From positions 112,280-176,279 of the forward strand of contig CAWKKB010000013.1 of assembly GCA_963850125.1 (NCBI GenBank): a stretch of DNA of 64,000 nucleotides, read 5' to 3'. The position numbers and the translations under genes are program-made. This stretch comes from an uncultured delta proteobacterium (lineage in GTDB: Bacteria; Desulfobacterota; Binatia; Binatales; Binataceae). Below the pieces are notes generated by a model. It ran no database searches, had not been told where the DNA came from, and was given only the letters and a program-made list of their open reading frames with translations. This document shows, piece by piece, positions 9,388 to 19,420 of this stretch. The stretch's first letter is position 1. Each line of letters opens with the position of its first letter.

Positions 9388-10329
9388 CTATCCGCGCAGC
9401 GCGCTGAGGCGGCCCTCCGCCCACGCGCGGCCGACGAGGTAGAGCTTGTGCGGCGCGGACAGGCTGAAGCGGCGGTCGAGCACCCGGTAGTTGGACTTGA
9501 TGATGCGTTCGAGCAGCGCGGCGTAGATGAGCCTCATCGCCTCTGCCGTGAGCAGCGTCGCGCGATCCTCTGATGCGAGTTCGCTCTGTGCCAGCGCATA
9601 GAGTTCGCGCGCGCGTCTGGCTTCGAAGTCCATCAGGCGGACGAAGTTCGGCGAGTAAACACCGGCGAGAATTTCCTGCTCGCTCACCTTGAATCGCGCG
9701 AGGTCTTCCAATGGCAGATAAATTCGTCCGCGCTCGGCGTCCTCGCGCACATCGCGCAGAATGTTGGTCAGCTGAAGCGCCAGTCCGAGATTTTCCGCGT
9801 AGAGCTTCGCCGACGGATTTGAATAGCCGAATATTTCGATGCAAATCAGGCCGAGCGCCGATGCGACCCGATAGCAGTATGGCCGCAGCTCTTCCCAGCT
9901 CTGGTAGCGCTTGCGCGAGAGGTCCATCTCGACGCCGTTGATGATTTCTTCGAATAGTTCGCGTGGAATTTTAAATCGCCGCGCGCTGTCAGCGAGCGCA
10001 CGCGAGAGAGCGCGCGTCGGTGCGCCCGAATAGACGCGGTCAAGTTCCTCGCGCCATCGCGTGAGCAGCAGCGCCGGCTCGCGAATAGCTTCGTCGTCGG
10101 CGATGTCGTCGATGAAACGGCAGAACGCATAGACGGCGTGCAGTGCGCGCCGCCGATCGGGCGGGAGCAAAATGAACGCGTAGTAAAAGCTCGAGCGCGA
10201 ACGCCGCGTGATTTGCGCACATCGCTCGTAGTCGGCGTCGAGCGACGCGCCGTCGGCGCCGGCCGCTTCTGCGAGGCCTGAAGATCCGCCGTCAAACTTC
10301 GAGTCGTCCACGGATCGCGCTCCATCCAA
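9388..10329 (-). CDS. hpnD: Presqualene diphosphate synthase (HpnD, squalene/phytoene synthase family)
   Basis: 313 aa. Squalene/phytoene synthase fold with Asp-rich motifs (FCRFIDDIADD; NILRDVREDAERGRIYLP). The ORF-track start overlaps hpnC by 38 nt, so the true start may be a few codons downstream. Confidence 0.8.
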   Translation of the reverse strand: MDGARSVDDSKFDGGSSGLAEAAGADGASLDADYERCAQITRRSRSSFYYAFILLPPDRRRALHAVYAFCRFIDDIADDEAIREPALLLTRWREELDRVYSGAPTRALSRALADSARRFKIPRELFEEIINGVEMDLSRKRYQSWEELRPYCYRVASALGLICIEIFGYSNPSAKLYAENLGLALQLTNILRDVREDAERGRIYLPLEDLARFKVSEQEILAGVYSPNFVRLMDFEARRARELYALAQSELASEDRATLLTAEAMRLIYAALLERIIKSNYRVLDRRFSLSAPHKLYLVGRAWAEGRLSALRG

Positions 10330-11218
10330 GTTTCAGGTAGTCGAGTTTCGCCAGTTCGGGACGCCTGCGGAACACGTCGTAGTTGACGCGATCGATCGCG
10401 CGCAATATCGCAAGACCGCCGCCCGCGAACATCACTATGTCGCGACGAAGCCGCTTGTCCACGCGCTTGTGTAGTTCGCCGCCCTCGACGAGCATCGCGT
10501 GCGCCACTTCGACCTCGTGGCGCATCAAATCGATGAACTCGCGCGACGACGTATGCGCCGCGAGGTCCGCCGGCGTCACTCCGAATCGCTCCAGATCGCG
10601 CCGCGGAATATAAATTCGTCCCTTGTCGAGATCGACTGCGACGTCCTGCCAGAAATTGGCGAGCTGCAATCCGCTGCAGACCAGGTCCGACAGATGCTGC
10701 CTCTCGGGGTCACGATAGCCGAACAGGTAAAGGACAAGCCGCCCGACCGGATTCGCCGAGTAGCGCGAGTAGGCAAGCAGATCGTCGAGCGTGTCGAAGC
10801 CCTCGAAGTCGACGTCGGAGCGAAACGCAGTGAGCAAATCCTTGAACGGCTCGCGCGGAATTTCAAAACGGCGCACCGTATCCGCGAGCGCGATAAACAC
10901 CGGATGGCGCGGCGTGCCGGCGTACGCCAGGTCGAGCTCGCGCTCCCACTGGTCGAGCATCGTGCGATCGTGATGCTCGTCGGCGAAATCGTCGGCCATC
11001 CTGGCGTAAGCGTAAATCGCGTACATGTGCGGGCGCATCTCGCGCGGCATCAGCCGCGACGCGACCGTGAAATTTTCGTAGTGCGACTTTGCCAGCCGCG
11101 CGCAGAATTCGTACGCACTGGCGACGTCGAACGTTCCCGGCGGCATCGACGCGTCACGCACCGTAGTCGACGCGTACGACTCTGCCCCGCCCTGCACATT
11201 GGCGCGCGCGCTTGCCAT
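10292..11218 (-). CDS. hpnC: Hydroxysqualene synthase (HpnC, squalene/phytoene synthase family)
   Basis: 308 aa. Motifs YAYARMADDFADE and NFWQDVAVDLDKGRIYIP. First gene of the hpnCDE triad. Confidence 0.8.
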   Translation of the reverse strand: MASARANVQGGAESYASTTVRDASMPPGTFDVASAYEFCARLAKSHYENFTVASRLMPREMRPHMYAIYAYARMADDFADEHHDRTMLDQWERELDLAYAGTPRHPVFIALADTVRRFEIPREPFKDLLTAFRSDVDFEGFDTLDDLLAYSRYSANPVGRLVLYLFGYRDPERQHLSDLVCSGLQLANFWQDVAVDLDKGRIYIPRRDLERFGVTPADLAAHTSSREFIDLMRHEVEVAHAMLVEGGELHKRVDKRLRRDIVMFAGGGLAILRAIDRVNYDVFRRRPELAKLDYLKLGWSAIRGRLEV

Positions 11219-11222
11219 CGTC

Positions 11223-12392
11223 TCAGGCTGCGACCGGTCGCGCTCCGATAAGTTCGCGCGCAGCAGCTCGCGCCCATCCGTCGGTTTCGATCAAATCTTC
11301 GATCGTTCGCGCCGCCGGATTGTGATGCCGATTCATCACAGCCTCGATATGGCGCGGGATGTCCATGAAGCGCACGCGCCCTCCAAGAAATCCCGCGACG
11401 AGTTCCTCGTTGGCGGCGTTGAGGCAGGCGGTCATCGTGTTTCCCGCCGCGAGCGCGTCGTACGCAAGCCGCAGGCATGGGAAGCGCCGCAGGTCGGGCT
11501 CCTCGAACGTCAACCGTGAATTTTCCGCAAGAGACAGCGGCTTGAGGTGCGTCATCGGCAGCCGCTCCGGATACGCGAGCGCGTACGCGACCGGAATCGC
11601 CATGTCGGGAATCGCCATCTCCGCGATCACCGAGCCGTCGATCATTTCCACCATCGAATGAATCACGCTCTGCGGATGAATCACCACCGAAACTTCGCCC
11701 GCCTTGAGATTGAACAGCCAGCGCGCCTCGATCACCTCGAGACCCTTGTTCATCAGGGTCGCCGAGTCGATCGTGATCTTGCTGCCCATCACCCAGGTCG
11801 GATGCTTCAGCGCCTGCTCAACTGTGATCGATTCGAAACCATCCGCCGGCAACTCGCGAAACGGTCCACCCGACGCGGTCAAAATGATTCTTTTCAGCGA
11901 CTCACGCCCGCGTCCTTCAAGGCATTGAAAAACAGCGTTGTGCTCGCTGTCCACCGGCAGCAGCCGCACGCGATTCTCGCGCACAGCCGACGTGATCAGC
12001 TCGCCCGCGATGACCAGCACTTCCTTGTTGGCAAACGCGATGTCCTTGCCGGCCTTGATTGCCGCCAGCGTTGGCTGCAATCCCATCGCACCGACCAGCG
12101 CCGACATCACGAGCTTCGCATCGGGATGGGTCGCCACCGAGATAGCGCCTTCGAGTCCGTGCACTATCGTTACGCGATGCGCACCAAGACGCGTTGTCAG
12201 TTCGCGCGCCAGTTCGGGAGTCGCCACCGACACGAGTTCAGGATGGAACCGCTTCACCTGCTCCGCCAGCAGATCCAGGTTGCGCCCCGCGGCCATCGCG
12301 ACGACGCGAAAACGGTCGCTGAATCGCCCGACCACGTCCAGCGTCGTGACGCCGACCGATCCGGTCGAGCCGAGGATTGAAATCGCCTTCAT
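11223..12392 (-). CDS. dxr: 1-deoxy-D-xylulose 5-phosphate reductoisomerase (MEP pathway)
   Basis: 389 aa. ISILGSTGSVGVTTLDV NADPH site and the LPVDSEHNAVFQCL motif characteristic of Dxr. Confidence 0.9.
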   Translation of the reverse strand: MKAISILGSTGSVGVTTLDVVGRFSDRFRVVAMAAGRNLDLLAEQVKRFHPELVSVATPELARELTTRLGAHRVTIVHGLEGAISVATHPDAKLVMSALVGAMGLQPTLAAIKAGKDIAFANKEVLVIAGELITSAVRENRVRLLPVDSEHNAVFQCLEGRGRESLKRIILTASGGPFRELPADGFESITVEQALKHPTWVMGSKITIDSATLMNKGLEVIEARWLFNLKAGEVSVVIHPQSVIHSMVEMIDGSVIAEMAIPDMAIPVAYALAYPERLPMTHLKPLSLAENSRLTFEEPDLRRFPCLRLAYDALAAGNTMTACLNAANEELVAGFLGGRVRFMDIPRHIEAVMNRHHNPAARTIEDLIETDGWARAAARELIGARPVAA

Positions 12393-12402
12393 CGCAACTC
12401 GC

Positions 12403-14361
12403 TCAGTGTGATGCCGTCTCCGCCAATCTTTTTCGGAACCGTCCGAGCGCCATCAGCGGGAAGTAATGCGCGTACATGTGGTAGCGAAGATAGAAATGAT
12501 TCGGGAATCCGCTGCCGGTCGATTCCCGCTCGTCCCACGCGCCTTCGTCGTTCTGCCGCTCTGAGAGCCATTGCGCGCCGCGCATCGCATGCTCGCTGAT
12601 TCCGGATTCGCCGGCGATCAATCCGATCAGCGCCCACGCCGTTTGCGACGCAGTGCTGGTCCCGCGCCCGTGCCACGCCGGATCCTTGTCCGAGAGCGGG
12701 CTCTCGCCCCATCCGCCATCCGGATTCTGTTTCATCTTGAGCCACACGACCGCCCGTTTGATCCACGGTTCATTGATGTCGACGCCGATCGCGCGCAGGC
12801 CCGACAGCGCCGAGAAAGTTCCATAGATATAGTTGATCCCCCAGCGTCCCCACCATCCACCGGCCGGCGATTGATTTTTCTTGAGCCATTCAATCGCGCG
12901 CTTCGCCACCGGATGTTCAGTGCGATAGCCGACCGCCGCCATCATTTCGAGCACGCGCCCGGTCAGATCTGGACACGACGGATCCGTCACCGCTTCCACG
13001 TCGGCGAGCGGCAGATGATTGAGCCAGATCGAATTGTTGTCGGCGTCGAATGCGGCGAAGCCGCCGTCGCTCGATTGCATCCCCATCACCCAGTTCGCGC
13101 CTGCGCGAATTGCGCGTTCGCTGGCCGCGGCGTCGTCGGCTTTGGAGTCCGCCATCACCGACAGGATCACCGCCGAATCGTCCACATCCGGATAGTTGTC
13201 GTTGTAAAACTCGAACGCCCATCCGCCCGGTTCGAGGTTGGGCCGCTTCACCGACCAATCGCCCTTCTTGAAAATCTGGTGATCGATCAGCCACTGCGAC
13301 GTCTTTTTCAGCGCCGGATGGTCCCCCGGCAATCCCGAATCGAGCAGCGCCCGCCCCGCCAGGCCGGTGTCCCAATTGACCGACACACAGGGCATGTACA
13401 TGTCGTAGTCGCTGAAATGCCAAATCAGTTCCTGCGACGCCTCGATCGCTTTCTTCAGCACTGGATGGTCGTTACGGTACCCGTTGGCTTTCAGAGCCAT
13501 AGCGCTCAGTAGGTAGCATGGCTCGATTCCGCCCCACGAGCCATTTCCTTCCTGATGTTCGAGGAGCCAGCTTTCCGTCTGACGCAGCGCTCGCGCTCGC
13601 AACGATTTTATTTTGTGCCGATCATAGAAGCGCAGCGCCTTGTCGGCGAAATTCAGCGCGTTGCGCAGCGACAACAATTTCTTGCCGCGCGGCTGTTTGA
13701 ACTTGGTGAAATGCGGCGGCTCGATGTAGAGCTCCAGCACCCCGCGCTGGTAGTCGATTTTCTTCTCGGGACGCGCCGCCTGCAGCATCATCAGCCCCAT
13801 CAGCGTTCCGCGTGCCCATGAGCCCAGCTCGTAGATGTTGAACGGGAACCAATTCGGAAACAGTGAGAGTTCGACCGGCAGTGCAGCCGTCGCGTCCCAT
13901 GTTATCTGCCCCATCGACGCCAGGTAGAAGCGCGCCAACGTTCCGCACTTGACGATTCCGCCCTTCGACAGAATCCAGCGCCGTGCGGCCGCCATCGGCT
14001 CGTCCCCCGCGCGCATTCCGGTGAGCTTCAGCGCAAAATAACTCTCGATCGTCGTCGACAGGTACCCTTCGCCGCCCTGGTAAAGCGCCCAGCTACCGTC
14101 GGGACTCTGTATGTCGAGCAAATGCTTCTTCAGGCGCGCCTCGGTCTCGAGGTCGACCGTGTCCATGAAATGGTTGAAGATGATGAACTCGGCGTTCATC
14201 TCCGCATTCGCCTCGAGCGGCGCGTGCCAGTAGCCCTCGGGCTTCTGCAGCGCGAGCAGCGCGCGTTGCGCATGATCGACGGTGTAATCAATCTTCGCGA
14301 CGAACTCGTCATGCGGCGACATCGCAATCACCGTGTTTCCGATTTCAGCAGCCTGGTTCAT
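12403..14361 (-). CDS. shc: Squalene-hopene cyclase
   Basis: 652 aa. Catalytic DXDD (DVDDSAV). Multiple QW repeats (QSPDGSW, QNPDGGW, QSSDGGF). Class II terpene cyclase size. Confidence 0.92.
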   Translation of the reverse strand: MNQAAEIGNTVIAMSPHDEFVAKIDYTVDHAQRALLALQKPEGYWHAPLEANAEMNAEFIIFNHFMDTVDLETEARLKKHLLDIQSPDGSWALYQGGEGYLSTTIESYFALKLTGMRAGDEPMAAARRWILSKGGIVKCGTLARFYLASMGQITWDATAALPVELSLFPNWFPFNIYELGSWARGTLMGLMMLQAARPEKKIDYQRGVLELYIEPPHFTKFKQPRGKKLLSLRNALNFADKALRFYDRHKIKSLRARALRQTESWLLEHQEGNGSWGGIEPCYLLSAMALKANGYRNDHPVLKKAIEASQELIWHFSDYDMYMPCVSVNWDTGLAGRALLDSGLPGDHPALKKTSQWLIDHQIFKKGDWSVKRPNLEPGGWAFEFYNDNYPDVDDSAVILSVMADSKADDAAASERAIRAGANWVMGMQSSDGGFAAFDADNNSIWLNHLPLADVEAVTDPSCPDLTGRVLEMMAAVGYRTEHPVAKRAIEWLKKNQSPAGGWWGRWGINYIYGTFSALSGLRAIGVDINEPWIKRAVVWLKMKQNPDGGWGESPLSDKDPAWHGRGTSTASQTAWALIGLIAGESGISEHAMRGAQWLSERQNDEGAWDERESTGSGFPNHFYLRYHMYAHYFPLMALGRFRKRLAETASH

Positions 14362-14371
14362 ATTTCACCCC

Positions 14372-15439
14372 TCATGGAATCACGGCGCACTTCAGAACCA
14401 CGCCGCGCTCGAGCATCTCGAATACTTCCGTCAGATTGCCGAGCCGCATTCTCGCGTTGACGATCGCACCCGCATTCAGCGCGCGTCCCGCCAGCAATTC
14501 GTAAGCGCGTCGGACATCGCGCGGCCGATAATGAAACGGCGACATCAGCGTCAGATTGTCGTAATGCATCCGTCGCGTATCGACGTTAAGCGCGGTGCCT
14601 GTCGGACATCCGCCGAAAAAAACTACCCGTCCTCCGCGCCGCACCAGCGCGAGCGCGTCCTCCCAACCCTCAACCTGCCCGGTGCACTCGATCACCAGGT
14701 CGGGACCGAAACCACCATTTAGCCGCGCGACTGCCGCAGCCGCATCGGCACTGCGCGCATCGATCACGCGGTCCGCGCCGAGATCCTCCGCCCACTTGAG
14801 ACGCTCTGCACCGCGCCCGACGACCACCACCTCGCGCACGCCCGCCGCCTTCAGCACCAGCATGTGCAAAAGGCCGAACGCACCGCCGCCGACGATTCCG
14901 ACGGTCTCGTTTTTCTCGGGACGCGCCATTTCATTCGCATGCACGACGCACGAGAGCGGTTCGAGCAGCGCGGCTTCCTCGAACGGCAGGTCCGCTGGTT
15001 TGATAAAAGTGTTGCGCGCGACGACATGCGCCGGAAGCATCAACATGTCCGCATACGCGCCGTGCACCATCCGCCCGACCGCGTCATCGCAAAGATTTTC
15101 CTGCCCACGCTGGCAGTAAAAGCAGATTCCACACGGCGCAGTCGGCGCTGCCATGATTTCGTCGCCGGGCTTGAACGCCGCCACACCCTCGCCCGCTTCC
15201 TTCACGACGCCGGAAAACTCATGCCCAAATGGCATTGGCAGTTTCCACATCGGATGTCCGCGGCGAAATGTTTTAAGATCGGTGCCGCAACTGAGCGCGC
15301 ATCGAATTTGAATCAGCAACTCGCCCGGGCCCGGGCGCGCAGCGACGTAATCGCGCAATTCGATCCGGCCCGGTTCGATCAGCACCGCCTGGCGCGAGTG
15401 CACCTGCGCAATTTTCGCCGACGCGTCGAGTGCGCTCAC
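14372..15439 (-). CDS. Zinc-dependent medium-chain alcohol dehydrogenase (MDR family, threonine/sorbitol-dehydrogenase-like)
   Basis: 355 aa. Structural-zinc Cys cluster (CGICFYCQRGQENLC), catalytic-zinc region CGTDLKTFRRGHP, and GGGAFGLLHMLVLKAAG nucleotide fold. Its stop is 4 nt from the upstream gene start. Confidence 0.75.
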   Translation of the reverse strand: MSALDASAKIAQVHSRQAVLIEPGRIELRDYVAARPGPGELLIQIRCALSCGTDLKTFRRGHPMWKLPMPFGHEFSGVVKEAGEGVAAFKPGDEIMAAPTAPCGICFYCQRGQENLCDDAVGRMVHGAYADMLMLPAHVVARNTFIKPADLPFEEAALLEPLSCVVHANEMARPEKNETVGIVGGGAFGLLHMLVLKAAGVREVVVVGRGAERLKWAEDLGADRVIDARSADAAAAVARLNGGFGPDLVIECTGQVEGWEDALALVRRGGRVVFFGGCPTGTALNVDTRRMHYDNLTLMSPFHYRPRDVRRAYELLAGRALNAGAIVNARMRLGNLTEVFEMLERGVVLKCAVIP

Positions 15440-16407
15440 AGTTTGCGCTCCACAACGAAGGTCGCGATATGCCGCAGCGGGTCGGCGCGATCGCCGAATC
15501 CTTGCAACGCGCGATGCGCTCGCGTTTCGAGCTCGCGCGCCAAATCCATCGAGCGCTCGACTCCAAGTATCGTTGGATAGGTCGCCTTGCCGCGCTCGAA
15601 GTCCTTTTGCGTGCGCTTGCCCATCTGCTCGGGCGTGCCCTGAACGTCGAGCAAGTCATCGACGACCTGAAACGCGAGCCCGAGCGCGCGTGCATACGCG
15701 TCGAGCGACTCGATTTGCGACGCACTCGCACCTCCGAGCCGCGCACCGCCGCGCACCGACGCCAGGAACAGCGCGCCAGTCTTTTTACCGTGCAGTTCTT
15801 CGAGCTCCTCGACCGTTTTCGACTTGCCTTCGCCGAGCAGATCAATCACCTGCCCCGCGACCATCCCGCTTGATCCAGCTGCCGTCGCGAGCTCCGCGAC
15901 AGTCTCGAGCACCAGCGCGGGCGACATGCTTTTTTCCGCCGATAGCGCGAGCACCTTGAATGCGTCCGTCAGCAGCGCGTCGCCCGCGAGCGTCGCGATC
16001 GCTTCGCCGTAAACCTTGTGATTGGTCGGGCGTCCGCGCCGCATATCATCGTCGTCCATGCACGGCAGGTCGTCGTGAATCAGCGAGTAGGTGTGAATCA
16101 TCTCGACCGCGCACGCGAGACCCATCGCCGCTTCGACCTTGCCGCCCACCGCTTCGCACGACGCGAGCACTAGCACCGGCCGCAAGCGCTTGCCGCCGGC
16201 TAGCAGCGAATAGCGCATCGCCTCGTGCAAGCGAGCCGCGGCACCGGTTGGCTCCTCGACGCTCCGCCTGAGCGCCCGCTCGATCAAATCGGCGCGCTGC
16301 TTCAAATAGCTGTGCAAGTCGAACACGTCTCGTCTCTTATCCAGATACTGTGGCGGGTTACCGTAATTTTCCGCGCGCGAAGATTCTTCGCTACGCGAGG
16401 GGTTCAT
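15436..16407 (-). CDS. ispA: Polyprenyl diphosphate synthase (FPP/GGPP synthase, trans-IPPS)
   Basis: 323 aa. First DDxxD LIHDDLPCMDDDDMRRG and second FQVVDDLLD motif. Chain length and gene name are not determinable from sequence alone. Confidence 0.8.
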   Translation of the reverse strand: MNPSRSEESSRAENYGNPPQYLDKRRDVFDLHSYLKQRADLIERALRRSVEEPTGAAARLHEAMRYSLLAGGKRLRPVLVLASCEAVGGKVEAAMGLACAVEMIHTYSLIHDDLPCMDDDDMRRGRPTNHKVYGEAIATLAGDALLTDAFKVLALSAEKSMSPALVLETVAELATAAGSSGMVAGQVIDLLGEGKSKTVEELEELHGKKTGALFLASVRGGARLGGASASQIESLDAYARALGLAFQVVDDLLDVQGTPEQMGKRTQKDFERGKATYPTILGVERSMDLARELETRAHRALQGFGDRADPLRHIATFVVERKL

Positions 16408-16426
16408 CGCCTGGCTGCGCGATTCC

Positions 16427-17431
16427 TCACGCCACGTAATGCCGCACCATGCGCCACGAGTCTTTCAGATTCTTGCCAAACTCGAGCGCCACCGTCCCCT
16501 CGAATCCCGAATGCAGCTTGCAGTCACGGCAGCGGAAATCCTGCTTGGTGCGATAGTACTCCCAATCCGTCGCCGCATGCATCTCGTCGAGCGTCTTGTA
16601 GTGACCGTTGGTGATCAGGTAGCAGGGCCCCTTCCATCCTTGCGGATTGCGGGTGATCGTCGTCCACGGACTGCACTGCATGTCGCGCTTACCGACCAGG
16701 TAGTCAAGGTAAATTGGCGTGTTGATAATCTTATAGTCGTTCGCCATGTCGCGAACCTTGAAGAACTTCGCCGGCATCTCTTCCTTCTTCAGATATTCTT
16801 CGTCGTTCTGCAGCACCTGGTAGTGATAGCCGGGACTCAGCAGCATCCCGTCGACGCCGAGGCTGGTCAGGTACTTGACCATGTCCTCGAGCTCCTGCCC
16901 CGTGGTCTCGCGGAAGACCGTGGTGTTGGTCTGCACGCGGTAGCCCTTCTCCTTCAGCATCTTGATCATCTTCACGACGATGTCGAAATGCCCCACCCGA
17001 TCGGTCACGCGATCATTGGTCTCGCGCATCCCGTCCAGATGCAGGTTGAAGCTGAGATATGGACTCGGCGGCACCTGCTTGACGAATCGCTCGAGCAGAA
17101 TCGCGTTGGTGCATATCATCACGTGACGCTTCTGATCCTCGATAAGCCCGCGCGTCAGCGCCGCGATATGCTTGTACATCAGCGGCTCGCCCCCGCAGAT
17201 CGACACGATTGGCGCGCCGGCCTCCTCGGCCGAATGCAGCGCCTCGTCGAGCGGCATCATGTCGCGGATGGTGTCCTTGTACTCGACGATTCGCCCACAT
17301 CCGATACACGCGAGGTTGCACGCATGCAGCGGTTCGAGCATCAGCACCAGCGGAAAATATTTCTCGCCCGCCCGCTTCTTCGCGCGCATGTAGCGGCCAA
17401 GATCGATCATCTGTCTCAATGGAATGCGCAT
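16427..17431 (-). CDS. hpnH: Radical SAM adenosyl-hopene transferase HpnH
   Basis: 334 aa. CxxxCxxC cluster motif (ACNLACIGCGRI) near the N-terminus. Size and cluster context match HpnH. Confidence 0.8.
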   Translation of the reverse strand: MRIPLRQMIDLGRYMRAKKRAGEKYFPLVLMLEPLHACNLACIGCGRIVEYKDTIRDMMPLDEALHSAEEAGAPIVSICGGEPLMYKHIAALTRGLIEDQKRHVMICTNAILLERFVKQVPPSPYLSFNLHLDGMRETNDRVTDRVGHFDIVVKMIKMLKEKGYRVQTNTTVFRETTGQELEDMVKYLTSLGVDGMLLSPGYHYQVLQNDEEYLKKEEMPAKFFKVRDMANDYKIINTPIYLDYLVGKRDMQCSPWTTITRNPQGWKGPCYLITNGHYKTLDEMHAATDWEYYRTKQDFRCRDCKLHSGFEGTVALEFGKNLKDSWRMVRHYVA

Positions 17432-17470
17432 AGCTCTGCGTTCTCCTACGAACCAGGTTGAAGAAAAAAG

Positions 17471-18187
17471 TCAGGCGGACGGTGCGCCGCCCTCCGATGA
17501 AGATGTCCCCGACGGACCGAACAACCACTCACCCACCATCGCCACCGCCCCTTCGGGGTCGATCGCATTCGCACCCATAAACAAATATTCGATCAGCAAT
17601 CCATTCAGTGCTGACAGCAGGAAGGCCGCCGCCGATTCCGGGGCCGTTCGCCGCGTGCAGATCCCTTTCCGCTGGGCGCTCGCAATCAGATCGACCAGCA
17701 TCGCGCGATAACCGCTGTAGAGCTTCAGCACCTGCTCGTTGAGGCTTTCGGACAGCTTCTGGTCGTGGAGCATCTGTGCCAGGAAGAACCGCACCGAGCT
17801 CGCGTTGTCGCGCACGAACGACAGGTACGACTCGACCAGCTTTAGAATCTGCTGACGTTCGTCCATCGCGGCCGCTTCTTCCGCGAAATCGATAAAGTAT
17901 GGTTCCAACAAGCGATTGAGCACCGCGACGAACAGCTCTTCCTTGGTCTTGAAATGCCAGAAAATCAGCGCCTTGCTGACGCGTGCCTCGCGCGCCACTT
18001 CCGACATCGAGGTTTCATGGAACCCACGGCTGGCAAAAAGCCGCATTGCTGCCTTCAGAATTTCATCGCGCGAGTCCTGCGACCCGGTGCGCCGCTCAGC
18101 AATGCCTACCCTGATCTGCGATACACCCATATCCCGGCCGTGACGCCCTGTCCCCCTTTTGTCGTCGCCCGTAGCCACGAAATCCAT
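17471..18187 (-). CDS. TetR/AcrR family transcriptional regulator
   Basis: 238 aa. N-terminal HTH ILKAAMRLFASRGFHETSMSEVAREARVSKALIFWHFKTKEELF. Confidence 0.8.
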   Translation of the reverse strand: MDFVATGDDKRGTGRHGRDMGVSQIRVGIAERRTGSQDSRDEILKAAMRLFASRGFHETSMSEVAREARVSKALIFWHFKTKEELFVAVLNRLLEPYFIDFAEEAAAMDERQQILKLVESYLSFVRDNASSVRFFLAQMLHDQKLSESLNEQVLKLYSGYRAMLVDLIASAQRKGICTRRTAPESAAAFLLSALNGLLIEYLFMGANAIDPEGAVAMVGEWLFGPSGTSSSEGGAPSA

Positions 18188-18352
18188 CCAACGCCCGCTA
18201 ATTCAGGCCGCAGTCATCTGCGTGTCTCGAAAATGCGGCTAACCTTTCGGTCAATTGAAACTTTACCGTCACAATCCTGAAAGTCAAGAGCGACAGTCCG
18301 AGCGGTCAGTCGGTCAGCGCGACCCAAAACGAATCGCACCAGCAATGACGGA

Positions 18353-19420
18353 TTAACTATCTGATTTTACGGTGGAAACAGGGGTTTCGATCGCAATGCC
18401 GTTGTTAACAGAAGAATTCAGGGCCGCCTCGATTAGCAGCAGTGCAACACGGGCCTGTGTCAGATTGCGCCTTGCTATCGGAGAATCGGTTCCTTCGGTC
18501 ACCGCTCGCTCGAACTCCTCGGCCACACCCCCGAACCACGCCGAATGATAAGAGTCGTCGGCCATGTCCGCGACCGAAAGGTCCTCGGGCTTGCCAGACC
18601 GTTCCGTGAGGAACACTCGATCCCCTTCGATTTCGAGACTCGCTCGCTCTCCATATATGAGGGCCGAGGTTCTCCGCACCGGGGCGCGCCACGACAAGTG
18701 TGCCCGGCCGATCGCACCATTCGCGAACCTGATTCGCACGTCGGCCAGGTCGTCAACGTCCGAACCTGCCGGGGATTCGAGCAGAGCCGAAACCGAGAAC
18801 GGCGTCTGCTCGTTCAGCAGCCAGGACATCAAGTAGAAAACATGCCACCCATGATCGATCAAAATACCGCCGCCCGATGCGGCTGACGAACGCCACTGGC
18901 CACCGCTACCGCCAGCCCCGGCGGGCTCGCTCCGGAGGCGATCGATCGAAATGAAGCGAATCGCGCCGAGACTGCCAGCCTCGATCGCTTTGCGTGCAGC
19001 CGCGTAGGCAGGCGCGTATTTCCAGTTGTGCACGCACATCAACACTCGCCGCTTTTCCGCTGCCAGCCCCGCAAGCTCGTCGAACTCGCCCAGCGAAAGC
19101 GCGAGCGGCTTCTCGACCAGCACGTGCGCGCCCGCCGCCAATGCCGCCCGCGCGGCCTCGTGATGCAACCCCGGAGGACTGGCGACATCCACAAAATCTG
19201 GAGCCTCGCCATCGAGCATCAATTCGAGGTCGTCGTAAACGCGGACACTCTTGATAAGACGGATCGCCTCGTGCCGCCGCTGCGAGACGGGATCGTGAAT
19301 CGCGCCGACAGTGATATTTTCGCGCGTACGCCACCCGGGGAGGTGTGCGCGGGCGGCAACCTCGCCAAATCCCGAAATTGCACCGCGCAATTTTGCTCGA
19401 CTCGCCATCAGCGCCGACAA
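18353..19420 (-). CDS. Gfo/Idh/MocA family NAD(P)-dependent oxidoreductase
   Basis: 355 aa. N-terminal Rossmann fold and the EKPLA motif (VLVEKPLALS) diagnostic of the family. Confidence 0.75.
   Translation of the reverse strand: MSALMASRAKLRGAISGFGEVAARAHLPGWRTRENITVGAIHDPVSQRRHEAIRLIKSVRVYDDLELMLDGEAPDFVDVASPPGLHHEAARAALAAGAHVLVEKPLALSLGEFDELAGLAAEKRRVLMCVHNWKYAPAYAAARKAIEAGSLGAIRFISIDRLRSEPAGAGGSGGQWRSSAASGGGILIDHGWHVFYLMSWLLNEQTPFSVSALLESPAGSDVDDLADVRIRFANGAIGRAHLSWRAPVRRTSALIYGERASLEIEGDRVFLTERSGKPEDLSVADMADDSYHSAWFGGVAEEFERAVTEGTDSPIARRNLTQARVALLLIEAALNSSVNNGIAIETPVSTVKSDS

Noticed and set aside
18255-18287. Imperfect inverted repeat TTGAAACTTT-N15-GAAAGTCAA upstream of the TetR gene as a possible operator.
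   Set aside because: The halves match only about 7 of 10 positions with an indel, which is too weak to call without comparative data.
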